A stretch of 64,000 bases of DNA from Octopus vulgaris. Lineage: Eukaryota. The translations under genes were made by a program, and so were the position numbers. The stretch is from the NCBI GenBank assembly GCA_951406725.2, contig OX597832.1, forward strand, positions 35,464,001-35,528,000. Reading direction: 5' to 3'. The notes below the pieces were generated by a model. It saw only the letters and a list, made by a program, of their open reading frames with translations. It did not search any database and was not told where the DNA came from. Shown piece by piece: positions 12,980 through 26,285 of the stretch. Within the stretch, counting starts at the first letter, position 1. The number at the start of each line of letters is the position of its first letter.

Positions 12980-15655
12980 AACCCTATACGGTAATTCGAT
13001 GAATAATTTCATAAAAGTCAGGAATCTAACATTTATTTTGCTTTATTTGAAAAATTTTTACCCCCAACTGAAAAAATCGATCACCACTTTTAACCCAAAT
13101 CATACAAAATTCTAGGGGTGTTCATAACGCCTGCTCAAGTTTTTTTTTTATTAAACTTCGTGTGCTGACTCAATGCAATGCAGAAATAGTATATCTGAAA
13201 TTTCAGCTTTCTGGTTGAAGTAGTTTCAGAGTTATGGACTTTTTAAACTATAATCACCAGGTGGCACTAGATTCACACTTCAGTATTTCCTTGTAAACGC
13301 AAGAGAGATGTGGATTAAAAGTGTATTTATACATTTTAAAGATTACTGAATTGAAATTAGTCTATGCAAAGGTTCAAAACTTGGCTATTTTGAGACAGAG
13401 GCTATTACAAGCATTCGATAACATACAAAATTAAAAACGATACATATTTTTAACTTTATAGGTTTAATTCCAATTTTAAGTAACTGTATGAGAAAAAGGG
13501 TGCTGAATGTTGGCAAATTTTTAAACATAACAAAGAATTAATATGTTTTGTTAGATAAAATAAATCGAAGCTGAAGTTTCTCCTTTTTACAAGCATCATA
13601 AAGATCTTGAAGGCACCTGATTGCCCGTTCTGCACTTTTATTTGTTTTGGGGATTTCCAGTTTTCATGGTTCTCGACTCCAAAAGTTCTTTACAGAGTTC
13701 AATGCTTTTTTATGAACTTGCAGGCTACCACATAACTTCTGACAATCATGTGCATTGAACATTTGGTCAGTAAACCAAATATTTACCCACCTGTAAGAGA
13801 TGAATCGACAAACATTGAGAAGCAAGACTCTTTACTCTGTTGGAAGAATAAATACCAAAAGAGCTGGTATTGCTCAAGAATTCCATCTTGCATTACTTAA
13901 GTTGAGTATTTTTTTAAACTTTACAATAGAAAATTTGCTGGTTTCTTCAAAGAAGCGAAAATCTCGAGTCAAATGGAATAGAAATTTCATGTCACCTCGC
14001 CATGCTGCTGATTCAGTAATCTTTTCTTCACCATTGTTGAACTCAGACGGGAGTTTCTCGTAATTAGCTCTGGGATGAATGTATTTTCCATATTGGGACA
14101 TTACTTTTTTCTCCAAGTTCGTTATCCATTACAACACGAAGCACTCTATCAAGGATATGATGCTGACAACCAATAAATTGCAATTCTTTCAAACCCTTTT
14201 CAGCAGTCTTTGCAACTGAATGACGATGCTATTTCGTTTCCCAGTGTTCACAATCGTTGTATTAGCGACAGTCATCTTTATACATTTCCATAAATTGTAT
14301 TCATCTAAAACAGCTGTTATTCCTTTCACTTCAGTATCGGCTTTTCCGTTTTGTAGTTGGAGTACTTTTAACTTAACTTCCTACTGGTCATTCTTTAAAA
14401 TAAGCACTTGGCATTCTTGGTCACCAATACATTTACCATCAAAATACAATGACCAATTTTCTAAAAGTAGTGTTTTCTTCATTTTCTTTTTTAGTTTCAC
14501 AGCTTCTTTGATAGTCAATCTCTAAATACCAGATTACAAAGGAGTCTCCACATTGATTATATCTTGAGATAAATGTCGACAAACTGTTCCTGCTTTTTGG
14601 GTTGATAGCTTGGAAGATATTACTAACTTGGTTGCAGTTCCAGTTTTGCTATACTTCCTCCTTGTTTCTGTGGATTCTTCATCTAATTTTTCGGACTCTT
14701 CATATTCACTTTTAGTCTCTGCTTCAGACGTTCACGATGACACTGGAGTTGCTCTGGTTGAAGTTGGCATTAAGGACACTTTTCTTGTTTTGGATGGATG
14801 GATAGTTTTGGAACTGGTTGCCTTTCCAGTTGCATATCCAACCTGTCCCTTGCTTTCATTTGAAGATAATATAACCTTTTATCCTCACTGCACAGCCATT
14901 CACCCTTTTCCTTTCTGATGTCAAACATTCCTTTCAATGAATCGTATTTTCCTCGTTTTACACATTTATCGCAGGTATTCAGCACTTTTTCTACCTTTGC
15001 TTGTACATTTTGAATTGATAAATATAGGAAATTTAATTTCTTTTGCCATAAAAAGTTACTTCTTTCGAAATTTCCTTTGCTCTTTATTTCCTTCATTTGA
15101 TGGTACCTCCAAGGAACAGATAGCAACCGACAATTTAAAGTTTCATTGGTATCCCACAGTTGTTTTCCAAAGAATGCTCTTCTAGAGGAACAAGTTTTCT
15201 TTTCCTATGTGAGTCTTGAAATTGCACGAGATTCTTCGTCCAGATTTTTTTGTTTCTTTGAGTGACATAAACACTTCTCTTATGAGACATTATTTTAGAT
15301 ACTTTAGTTGGATAAGCCTACTATTCTGAAAAACAGTTAATATAGTCAAAGGAAGAGGATATTTCCTAAAGTAGGGCCTAAGTGATAACAAATTAAAAAC
15401 TCTATAACTCCTAAACTGCTTAAACTTGAAAACTGAAATTTAAGATATACTGCTTCTGCATTGCATTAAGTCAGCAGACCAAGTTTGGTAAAAACTTGAG
15501 AAGGCATTATGAACCCCGCTAGAATTTTGCATGATTTGGGTCAAAAGTTGTGTTAGATTTCTTCAGTTGGAGGTGACATTTTTTTTTAAAAACCTTAAAA
15601 TAAAGGTTATTTTCCCTACTTATATAAAGTTGTTCATCGACTTTTAATACAGGAA
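12980..15655 (-). mobile_element. Decayed DNA transposon with long (~280 bp) inverted ends and a CxxH DDE transposase pseudogene (hAT/hATm-like)
   Basis: 12980-13260 is inverted at 15380-15655 (e.g. TGCTGACTCAATGCAATGCAGAA / TTCTGCATTGCATTAAGTCAGCA). Minus-strand fragments WSLYFDGK...GKADT...LDEYNLWKCIKM..NTTIVNTG and QFIGCQHHILDRVL (14140-14180). Superfamily assignment is from motif recall. Confidence 0.75.
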
Positions 15656-15703
15656 ATTGCTTACTTTAAAAAAACCCCAAAAAGTCATAACCTTAATATA
15701 TAT

Positions 15704-15741
<38 letters not shown>

Positions 15742-16493
15742 GCGTGCATGTGTATATGTATGTGTGTGTGTATGCACAGATGATGAGATGACGTCAGTAA
15801 ATAAAGATCCACAAGTTTTGTGTGCCAAGCTGTTGCTTTCTTCGTTTTAGAACCAATTTGGTAATCTGGGTTCTTGGGAGGAGTGGAGAACATAAACAAG
15901 AAGTATAAGGAGGATTGTGCTAGTATTTGTGGAAGATCAGGGTAGAAATGTATTTGTTAAGGATGAATAATGCCATAACATTTGAGTTGCATGTCATAAA
16001 TCCTATTCACTTGTTTGAGGGGAGGGGCATTCCGATGCAGAGGATGCTTTAGTCTGTGTAATTGTTGATGTTGTTGTAGGTGGAGTAAGAGTAGGTGGAA
16101 GTAGTGTCGTAGAAAGGAAGAAACTAGCTGACAACAGCAAACTTTGCTTCGGAAAAAGTTTTGTGCCCGTGTCGGGTGGGTTGGGTGTTTGTGGGGAAGG
16201 TCACGGTGGGACTGCGATTGCGGTTTGGGACTTGAGCAGGTAAAAGATGACCTGACAAAAGGAAGCTTCAGTGAATAGGCTTGGACAATAATTACATGGA
16301 AACAAACTCTCTCACACATGCACAAACATAGAATACCTACTTACACACTTACACACACACACACGCACACACACACACAGACAGACAGACACACACGCAC
16401 ACATACACACACGCATTAAAGGTTGCTGGTTATGGCCGGTCAGAGAGTGACCATTGGTTTCGCACCTGACGAGTCGCTGTATAGGCGACTCGT

Positions 16494-16553
<60 letters not shown>

Positions 16554-18259
16554 TGCCGATTTCGATTGATATAATCAATAGTCATCCATTGAGTGATAGA
16601 GAGCTACAATGTAAGTGTACACAGAAAGTAATTAAAGCTTTTCATTACATATAAATAATTACGCACAACCAGTGTGTATATGTGCGCGTATATGTATGTG
16701 TGTATACGTGTCAGTGTGAGCTGTATGATTATATGTATATAAGTGCGTATGACTGTATGTATGCTCACACATATGAATGTACAATAACGTATACATACTG
16801 AATATACATACACTCATACATAGAACACACCCACCCACACACATATGCATACATACACATATTTTATATATATGTGCATGTATAAATATATACATTTATA
16901 AACGTGTGTGTGTATCTGTCTGTCTGTCTGTCCAATCATGATACAAACACTCTTTCTATCAGTGAAGAAAGCAACACCTCAAAATTATTGATAAATTCAT
17001 TGTTTTAGATAATATCTCCCCATTGACATTGGCGTCTCTTAATGCATCCAATTTAGTTGGCGATTTCTGTTTTAACAGAACGAGGTAGAAAAATGTTTGC
17101 GTCTCGTTTTGCACCACATACCTATATTTTACAGTTGGTGTAAGTCTCTGAAAGGGTTGTTCAAGAAAACTACATTATACGTTGGTCAACACTGCTGTTG
17201 TTTTCTTTTTAGGTTCATTAGTTTTTTTTTTCTTTTATTATCAACAGAGATAATAATTACATGTATAACACATATGTATATGCTGCATGTATAATACGAA
17301 ACCACATTAAACTACAAATTGAATACCGAAGAAAACACAAGCATAAAGTAAGAAAGAAAGAAAAGAAAAGGAAGAAAGAAAAAGAAGGGAAAATCATCAA
17401 TTTAACACCAAGTGCCTCAATCGGTCGCACACCACAAGCAGGCAGGGTCCCAGGAATTTTTTGAAGGGAAGGCACAAGGCCAGAAGAGTATACAATTCCT
17501 GGAGAAAAGGGCATAATAAGATTATTTAGAAGGGCGCACCTTGGGTTCACCCCTGACAAGGTTCAATGGAACCTGTTAAGGCAAGCCAACACGCTGGCAG
17601 CATTACCTAAAGCGATGGCGAGGCTAAGGCGTTGGAACAGCCAAGCACCCTCACGGGCATCACCAGACATTTCGGTAAGACGAGCCGCCAACGATGACAA
17701 GAACTTTGTAGTTAGCGGCCCAGCCCCTACAGACGTCTCAAATTCCACAGATTGGAAGAAACGGTTCACTGACAAGTCTCGATACTTAAGGATTTTATTC
17801 TGTTCGGCTCCGGAATCAGTGACCCACCCATTTACCGTAGTGTCCAGGATGTAGGAGGGTGCAAAGTAGTCACAGACTGTGGTGTCCCAGATGAGGCACT
17901 AACCTCTAACCCAGGGACAAAAGATAAGACCATCTGGTCTCTTTCCATCACTTCTGGATAATCCCGCCTACTCCAGAACTGAGGGGATATTAACCCGAGC
18001 CAGGGCCTGCTTGACGATTAAACTAGCTCGGTGTGACTGCGAAACAACTAGCATTTAGGTGGCAAGACAAACCATGAAGGCCTGTGGAATCGAGGTGCCT
18101 ACCACAGCGACATCTCAGTTCCACAGAGACGTTGGTTCCCGCTCTCAGTGTAATGAGTAGACCACCCACGAGGGGTGTAGAAAAGTTTTGAGCCTTACCT
18201 AGAAACGAGACTGCTATAGAGCTGAAACAATTTTGTCTGGTAAGTACAGTCTTTTCGGA

Positions 18260-18490
18260 AAGGCGGCGAGCTGGCAGAAACGTTAGCACGCTGGGCGAAA
18301 TGCGTAGCCGTATTTCGTCTGTCGTTACGTTGTGAGTTCAAATTTCGCCGAGGTCGACTTTGTCTTTCATCCTTTCGGGGTCGATAAATTAAGTACCAGT
18401 TACGCACTGGGGTCGATGTAATCGACTTAATACCCATGTCTGTCCTTGTTTGTCCCCTCTGTGTTTAGCCTCTTGAGGGTAATAAAGAAA
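18260..18490 (+). mobile_element. tRNA-derived SINE family C with a Meta-domain-like core and a 19-bp TSD
   Basis: TSD TAAGTACAGTCTTTTCGGA at 18241-18259 and 18491-18509; GAGTTCAAAT B-box-like; core CTTTCATCCTTTCGGGGTCGATAAATTAAGTACCAG. Confidence 0.88.
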
Positions 18491-18597
18491 TAAGTACAGT
18501 CTTTTCGGAGTATTCTTGCTCATTTTCATGATTCTGATATTTAAAGTTTTTTTTGTTGCCGATTTTTGAATGAACAAGCTTCGAGTTTACAAGGAAA

Positions 18598-19637
18598 ATG
18601 GAGAAAACTGAGTATCGTGCCGTCATTAAGTACCTTCATTTGAAAGGCATGACTCCATCAGAAATCCATGAGGATATGGTGAGAACCTTAACAGACAATG
18701 CTCCTTCATATGCAACAGTCAAACGCTGGGTAAATGAATTCAAGCGTGGCAGGGAAAGTGTGGAAAATTATCCCAGACCAGGGAGACCTCCAACTGCAAC
18801 CACCGAGGACAACGTTAACCTTGCTCTTGGTATGATAATGCAAAATCGCCGAATATCATGTTGTCAGATAGCCGAAAGGCTGGGCATCTCAACTGAAAGA
18901 TCAGACAACATTGTGACAAAATAACTTGGGTTCTCAAAGGTTTCTGCAAGGTGGGTCCCTCACCTTTTGATTCCTGAACAGAAACGCACCAGGTGCACTT
19001 TGTCCACGAGCAATCTGGAACTGTTTGAAGCCGATGAAGAGAATTTTCTTGCTCGTTTCATTACTATGGACGAAAGTTGGGTTCATCACTTCCAGCCTGA
19101 AACCAAAGAACAATCAAAGCAGTGGAAGCACACATCTTCTCCTACCCCAAACAAGGCCAGGATCATTCCTTTAGCTGGCAAGGTCATAGCGTCCGTTTTT
19201 TTTTATTCTCAAGGTGTCTTGCCGATCGATTACCTTGAAAAGGGTCACACCGTGACAGGGCTGTGTTATTCTCAGCTACTGAAACCCCTCCGAGAATCAA
19301 TCAAAGAAAAAAGGCCGGGAATGCTCACTAGATGATTCCTTTTTCATCGCGACAATGCTCCAGCCAACACCACAGTGGTTGCTATGACAACAATTCGTGA
19401 TTATGGATACGAACTTGTTCCCCATCCGCCTTATTCTCCAGACTTAGCCCCCTCTGACTTCCATCTATTTCCAAAGATGAAAAAGCCTTGGCTGGTCGCC
19501 ATTTTGCCAGTGACAATGACGTCATAGGAAGTTCCTTGGAGTCTCAAACAAAAGAGTTCTTCTACGCCGGGATAATGGCGCTTCAGCACCGCTGCAGAAA
19601 GTGTTCAGCCACCGAGGAGGACTATGTTGAAAAATAA
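18598..19637 (+). pseudogene. Mariner transposase pseudogene
   Basis: MEKTEYRAVIKYL HTH region, WVPHLL, ITMDESWVH, HRDNAP, HPPYSPDLAPSDFHLF; in-frame stops (18922, 19333) and a late frameshift. Confidence 0.92.
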
Positions 19638-19752
19638 ATCATCAGAAGTCTTGTACCAGGTTTTGTTATTTTGAGGCTCAAGACACCCCTCGTATGTTGG
19701 CCACAGGCAGGGCATCAATCCAATTACTAGGACACCATATCTGTCTTGGCAA

Positions 19753-19985
19753 GTATGTATGTATGTATGTATGTATGTATGTATGTATGTATGTATGTAT
19801 GTATGTATGTATGTATGTATGTATGTATGTACGTACGTACGTATGTATGTATGTATGTATGTATGTATGTATGTATGTATGTATTATGTATGTACGTACG
19901 TACGTACGTATGTATGTATGTATGTATGTATGTATGTATGTATGTATGTATGTATGTATGTATGTATGTATGTATGTATGTATGC
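19753..19985. repeat. (TATG)n/(TACG)n microsatellite
   Basis: Read directly. Confidence 0.95.
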
Positions 19986-20149
19986 ATGTATGGATGTGTT
20001 TTTTCTTTGAGTTTTATTTAAGTTCTTCTTAAGAGAGTTCAAACCGGTCGCTTACAGAGCGACAAAATTTTTAGTGTTAAGAGAGTTCCCGGTGTTTGTA
20101 GATATGTAGTTGAGTTGGTGTGTTGTTGAGCTGTCGATGCACAAACCCA

Positions 20150-20450
20150 AACGTGTGCATCTATTCACTTAAAGAATCTCAGATAAAGAATTTTTGGAAT
20201 GTCTTACTAATCTTCATTGTGGCACTAATGGATTGGATTTGGAGAATCCGCGTCAGTTTCTTTTGCTGTTCGAAAAGAAAACAAAAACAAACTAACTAGT
20301 ATATCTAGGTCTTTGTGCAAATTTGTTTGTACCTAGCCTATGATGATAGGTACAAATGAGGATGTATAGTCAGGGTAAAAGAGCTGTAAGTTCCGCATTA
20401 ATTCACCTTGATATTCTCTTTTTCCTGGACTTTTGATTATTAGGTCTGTT
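20150..20450 (-). mobile_element. RLE-type (R4/NeSL-like) LINE 3' remnant
   Basis: Minus-strand GELMRNLQLFYPDYTSSFVPIIIG resembles the RLE C-terminal KY.EL...VPI.IG region. Confidence 0.5.
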
Positions 20451-21365
20451 GTGTATGTATGTATGTATGTATGTATGTATGTATGTATGTATGTAGGCAT
20501 GTATGTATGTATGCATGTATGTGTGTGTGTCTTGGGTGGGTGTTTGGGTGGATGGATGGATTGATTACCTTTCTTTGCTCCACGTAAAATGGACGAGATG
20601 ATTACATGTGTGGTTTCTGCATTTAATGTTTTATAAATTTCATGAAGTTAACTGAAAATAATAACGGTTTCGAAATCACCTTCAAATTCAGTGAACGGAC
20701 ATAAGACAAGTCTAAACCTTCAGCATGAAATTTAAAGATGAAGAATTTTACGTCATTAAACAGACGAAACATTAAATGCTTCAAATTGAGATAGTACGAC
20801 CCTGGGTTAAATGTGTAGCAGAAGTGAATTACACTGTCATTGTGTGGGATGTTTCGTTTTGACTCATCTAGGCTTAAATACCCAAATATCGGCTCCACAA
20901 GACCTTTTCGTTCCAGCGGTCACACATCCTTGTTGTAACCTGTTATGTTATTTTATTTCATGTTTGGTAATCATTGTATTTTATAACGGAGAATAAATCG
21001 TCGCTTACCAGTTCAGTTTCAATCTCTTCGTTATAAATGTATTGGTTATAAACTTCATGGCCCCAATCGAGTGGCTGTCGAGGGGAATACGGTCTAAGGT
21101 GATATGTATTTGTAGCAGCAACACTGCTCCGCATGTAGGAGCTGTATTCCCCTCAGGGTCTTTCTTGAGCTTTGTAGAGGCTTAGTAATTATTGGAGGAT
21201 GAAGTATCTTCTATTCCTAAAGAGGAAGGCCAATCTTTGTGATACTGTTTTGCCATTGTATTAAACGTTGACATCGCTAGCAGGGATCCTCAGGGATTGG
21301 AAGAGGGCAGCATTTGTAGTGGTTTTGCTGAGTCTAGTTACGTGGGGTGGATAATGTTTTCTTAA

Positions 21366-21717
21366 CAAGTGTGGGCACCGTTAATCGAAAAGTTAACTTC
21401 GATAATCGTTAATCAGTTAATTATTTCTTAATGTAACGGAAATTATCGGTAAACCGTTAACGTTAATTTTTATTTAGAAAAAATAAACTATCAGTTTTTG
21501 CTCTAAAACCATCTAAAAACACCTTTAAAAGGTGCCAAAAACTATAAAATCCGTCAACTTCAATTGAATTGAAGTTAATTCAAATTGACTTGAGGTAACA
21601 GAAGTTAATAAGCCCGATAATGATTTCCAAAGTTAACTTAAAAGTTAAATCGTTAACGAAAATGTTAACCTCGTTAATTAACGGATTAACGGATTAACGA
21701 TTTGGTGCCTGGGTTTG
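21366..21717. mobile_element. MITE-like element with GTTAA/TTAAC subterminal repeats
   Basis: Ends GGGCACCGTTAATCG ... CGGATTAACGATTTGGTGCC; many GTTAA copies near both termini. No clear TSD. Confidence 0.55.
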
Positions 21718-23023
21718 CTCTTTTTATGAAATCTAAAGAGATTCGATGTAAAGTGTCTTCTAAGAATGTGGATGATGCTCGATTGTGGAAGCTTAGGAAA
21801 GTAATATTGATATCATTTACATAAAAGTTGGTATCGCTGCAGTGACACCATGTAGGGCACTGATGTTCAGGAGGAAGAGTGTGGTGGATAAAACCGGATC
21901 ATCGTGGGTCAGAAAGAATGTCTTCAGCACTCACCTTGATAGCGAAATTTGACCGAAAACCAGATCCAAGGAACGAGGGAGGACGGGATGGATGGATGGA
22001 TGGATTTCGCTAGGGAGAGACATAGGTGAAAAGATCATAAAACCATATCTACAGTCGATCTGGCTTTATGAAAGCCATGCAGCGGTAATTAAGCTGCAAA
22101 CATTTGAGATGCTGGAGAAGTTGTTGTTAATGGTTGCAATACTGGAAGTGAGAGCAGCAGAGAAAGTAGGGAATCGCTGATACCCAATCGGCTGCCATTT
22201 CCCGTCTCCTGTATCTGTGTTGTTTCTCTGTGTTTGTGCGTGTGTATAAATGTACATATATATGTTTTCATGCATGTATGCACACATGTATGTATGTATG
22301 CATATATGTATGTGAATACGGAGGTAAGTAAACATACACAAAACTGACATATATACACACACATGCACGTGTCTATGTGCATGTGTGTATGTGTGTGTGT
22401 GCGCGGTTAGATGGTTTGCCACTGCAAGCTACATATGTTATGCATCATTTCGTCAGCTCCCATAACTGAAATAAAGTTCTGTGAACTTTGTGGTGATACT
22501 TGGTCTCATTAGAGTAGATATAGCAGGAAAAGAAGACCAAGTCTTTAGTGTTGCTCTCAACACTTAGTGGAATTGGGGACTTCCTTATATACAATTGTAT
22601 GTTTAATCTGCAAAGTTTTTTCCCCACATTACATTTTATGCAGTAGTGTACGAATAAAGATAGGTTACATATACTAATACAAACTTAGTTGACCCAGACC
22701 AACAATGTCGGCCACCAACATTTACAATGCATCGATCTGTTTACAGAAACTATTTGGGTTTTGTCGTGTTGCCTACACCTGCTCACATTCGTTCAAAGTA
22801 GAATGAGTTTCTGTGAAGCCCACCCTATTCAAATACAATTTTACAATGGGGTAAAATATGTCACGAGTACAACAGTAAGTCAATGAGTGTAGTGTATATA
22901 TAAAAATGTGTGCGATGTGTGCGTGGGTGGGTGTGCGTGGGTGGGTGGGTGCGTGTTGGAAAGAAATCTGTAATGTGGGTGTGTTTGTATGTGTGTGTGT
23001 GTGTGTATATATATATAGAGAGA

Positions 23024-23060
<37 letters not shown>

Positions 23061-23099
23061 ATGTTGGTAAAACTCCCCCGCGAACGAAAAGTAGTTGAA

Positions 23100-23185
23100 G
23101 GAGAGAAGAAGGAGAGAAGAAGGAGAGAAGAAGGAGAGAAGAAGGAGAGAAGAAGGAGAGAAGGAGAGAAGAAGGAGAGAAGAAG
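23100..23185. repeat. 11-bp minisatellite (GGAGAGAAGAA)n, ~8 units
   Basis: Read directly. Confidence 0.85.
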
Positions 23186-23189
23186 TATG

Positions 23190-23393
23190 GAGGTGTGAGG
23201 TTGAGTCGAAGATCTCGGAAGTGTTTGAGGGCAAGAAGTCTTTTCTGGTGTGGGATCACCGTATATAGACTCTTGATATCAAGAGTGAAGAGAAGTTTAG
23301 AGGGGTCAGGAGGGAAGGAGAAAGTGTTGAAAAGACGAAGAGCATGGTTAGTGTTGTGGATGTGTGAGGGGAGGGAAGCCACTGGGGAAGCAA

Positions 23394-23395
<2 letters not shown>
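23190..23395 (-). pseudogene. Penelope-like reverse transcriptase fragment
   Basis: [24 protein letters not shown]...[16 protein letters not shown], the typical PLE RT motif D(I/V).SLYT.IP. Confidence 0.85.
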
Positions 23396-23438
<43 letters not shown>

Positions 23439-23507
23439 TATATACATATATATATACATATATATATATATATATGCATACATACATATATATATATAGA
23501 TAGATAC

Positions 23508-23542
<35 letters not shown>

Positions 23543-23549
23543 CCCACAT

Positions 23550-23604
<55 letters not shown>

Positions 23605-23689
23605 ATAAAGTTAAACCCTTTGTTGACGGGAAACCCAGGATAACCCCAAAACTGGCCTTCACTAAGAATATATACTTTTACTAAATATT

Positions 23690-24080
23690 GGGGGGGGGGG
23701 GCTGTTGCATCAAAATAAACACAAAATTTCTTTCCTGAGAGATCTTACTGCATGCAATCAAGCCCTATGCATAGCACTTGTGGAAACTCACCTCAACCCT
23801 GATATAGAGGACACAGAAGTACACATACCAAACTATGCCATACTGCGAACAGACAGAAGGGAAAGGAGCCATGGTGGAGTTGCTGTATACATCCGAGATG
23901 ACCTCACAGCCCAGGTTTTACTGTCATACTCAAGTTCGGTATGTGACACTCTAATTGTATACATAAGACAACATAATATAATCATATGCAATACATATTG
24001 CCCACCGGATGCTCCAAACCATACAGGCAAGTTTGAAGATTGCCTCACAAGAATTAAAGAAATCCTCATGAACCTGGAAC
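23690..24080 (+). pseudogene. APE-type endonuclease fragment of a CR1/L2-like LINE
   Basis: IALVETHL...IPNYAILRTDR..RSHGGVAVYIR...NTYCPP. Confidence 0.85.
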
Positions 24081-24381
24081 ACTACACACACACACACACA
24101 CTCACACATATATATATCTGGATTTCGTAGACAGAAACTTAAAGAAATCAACCGTATATATATGTATGTATATATTTAAATGTATGTGTGTGACTTTGTT
24201 TCTGTGTTTCACCCTCATCACTGCTTCACAACTGCTGTTCGTTTATTTACATCCTCATAACTTACTGGTTTCGCAAGAAGATACTAATAGAATAAATACC
24301 AGGCTTACCAACATAAAAAAAGCACTAGCTTGTGTCTCATATTTTTGTTTGCCCACTCAGTGGTATCTATCAATTTATCTT

Positions 24382-24446
<65 letters not shown>

Positions 24447-24497
24447 CTTCCACACACACACATATATATATATATACATGTATGTATAAGTGCACAT

Positions 24498-26108
24498 TCA
24501 TATATATTATATCAAAGTCAATGTCTTTATGTGTTCGTGTATTACTTATACATTCGAAAATTGCTGCACCGATCATCATGAAATTTGGAACACAAAATCG
24601 AAGCCTAGGGAGAAAGGTAATGCTGTGTGTTTCATACAATTTAATGAACCAAAATTACTGAATGGATCCTTATGATATTTGAAACTTAGATTCAATGCAT
24701 AAGGGTGGGTGTAATGCAATATGTTTGGTTTAAATTACGAATCTATAGCAATTGGAAGGGCGTGACCCAACTGAAATGAACATTAACAACTGTGTGACGT
24801 GAGGGCTAAGGAGAAATGAAAGTTGGAGTTTGCAAATGACCACTATACTGATACGTAACTGGACAGAATAAATTTACAATCTATAAATGTCTTCGAATAA
24901 CCAGTCACTCATCTGGGAAGGCCTTGAAATCAATGTTACCATCTGGGGACTATGTGTGACCCAGTGATAATAAAAAGACTGAATCAGTGGAGGCAAAGAT
25001 GCCTCTCATTTACTTGACAATTTATGCAGTACATTGCAGAAATCATAATCTAAGTGTATGTCAAAGCAAACTCTTACACTGCTGTACCATTGAATTACAA
25101 ATAATGCTCATCTTCTATGCTCGGGTGACCCTACAGCTTCCAAGAGTACAACTGTACAACTGTATTCGTCTTTGATTAGATAAAATGACAAAATTGTGGG
25201 TCTAAAGTCCCCATGGAGGGGTCTTTCTACCTTGTAAGACGATGAAATTTTATAAATATTACTTCATTTGTATTCAATATCTATGGTTAAAATGTCATCA
25301 ACAGCCGTTATGCATAGAATATGGCCCTTATGCATAGAATATAATTTCCAAATTTCGTAAAGATCCATTCAGTACTTTTGGATCATAAAAGAAATGACTA
25401 AAATTTGGGAATTAAGGCCCCCATTAGGGTATCTTAGAATCCTCATGTGAAGTGGAAACTTTGAGAATACTTCTTGATGTTTGTCAATTACCCATGGTTG
25501 AAATTTCATCAACATCGAAAATTCATGAATTTTCATGGGGGTTCTGCCCTCTTTAAGCCATCTGACATCTTACGGCTGTGCCTGTCACCTGCATGGTGAG
25601 GAATACTACATTGGAAGTGGTAACGACTAGGGTACTGTAGCTGACTGCTTATTGTGATCATTCGTCTTTTGGTTTCCCATAGCTTTGCTCTCTTTTGCAA
25701 ACCCAGTGAATATATACTTTCAAAGAAATTCAAACAATAGATATAAGACTCAAGTTAAAAAGATTCTCAACAATTCAACTTCTCTGGTTGACATTAAGAT
25801 GCCCACCCACAATAGGGGCCTTAACTCTCACGTTTCAGAGCTTCATGACCTCCATTTTTCAGGAGCAAAATCCTTTTAACAGGTTCTATAAGACTGGAAT
25901 TTTGTAATATGCGCATAAAAATCAGTAGTATGGGATAAATGTGGCACAATTACGATTTTTTTAGGGTGTGTAAAGAGGGAAATAACCCTCATCTGCAATT
26001 TTGATGAAATTTGAAACATAGGTATTCCACTTCATTACAGAAAATATAACAGAAAAGTCTAATTCTTCAATTGTATGTAACACCGGCAGCGCCGGGTAAC
26101 TCTGCTAG
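24498..26108 (+). mobile_element. Non-autonomous Helitron-like element
   Basis: 3' GC hairpin CCGGC-AGC-GCCGG (26083-95), then CTAG (26105-08) and T; 5' TC-ATATATATT (boundary approximate); internal ACCGATCATCATGAAATTTGG and diverged internal duplications. Confidence 0.7.
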
Positions 26109-26110
26109 TA

Positions 26111-26142
<32 letters not shown>

Positions 26143-26144
<2 letters not shown>

Positions 26145-26285
26145 GACAAGCTTCTTTCAGTTTCCGTCTACCAAATCCACTCACAGGCTAAAGTAGAAGG
26201 TACTTGCCCAAGGTGCGACGCAGTGGGACTGAACCTGGAACCATGTGGTTGTGAAGCAAGATTCTTACCACAGAGCCACTCCTGT
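26143..26285 (-). mobile_element. SINE family A 5' half (reverse)
   Basis: CTTTCAGTTTCCGTCTACCAAATCCACTCAC...GGGACTGAACC...TTCTTACCAC. Confidence 0.8.

Larger units (their letters stand above)
18169..19692 (+). mobile_element. Near full-length mariner (DD34D) element
   Basis: TIRs CGAGGGGTGTAGAAAAGTTTTGAGCCT (18169) and AGGCTCAAGACACCCCTCG (to 19692), followed by TA. Confidence 0.92.
17560..19750 (-). mobile_element. CRE-clade (RLE) non-LTR retrotransposon 3' remnant, interrupted by a mariner
   Basis: Minus strand WIDALPVAN (19695-19725) continues past the mariner into CRCGRHLDSTGLHGLSC...SDGKRPDG...WD...ETSVGAGP...FQRLSLAIALGNAASVL. Confidence 0.8.

Noticed and set aside
20835-20875. Minus-strand CTAGATGAGTCAAAACGAAAC
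   Set aside because: Insertion in the core, no UH triplet, no stem I pairing.
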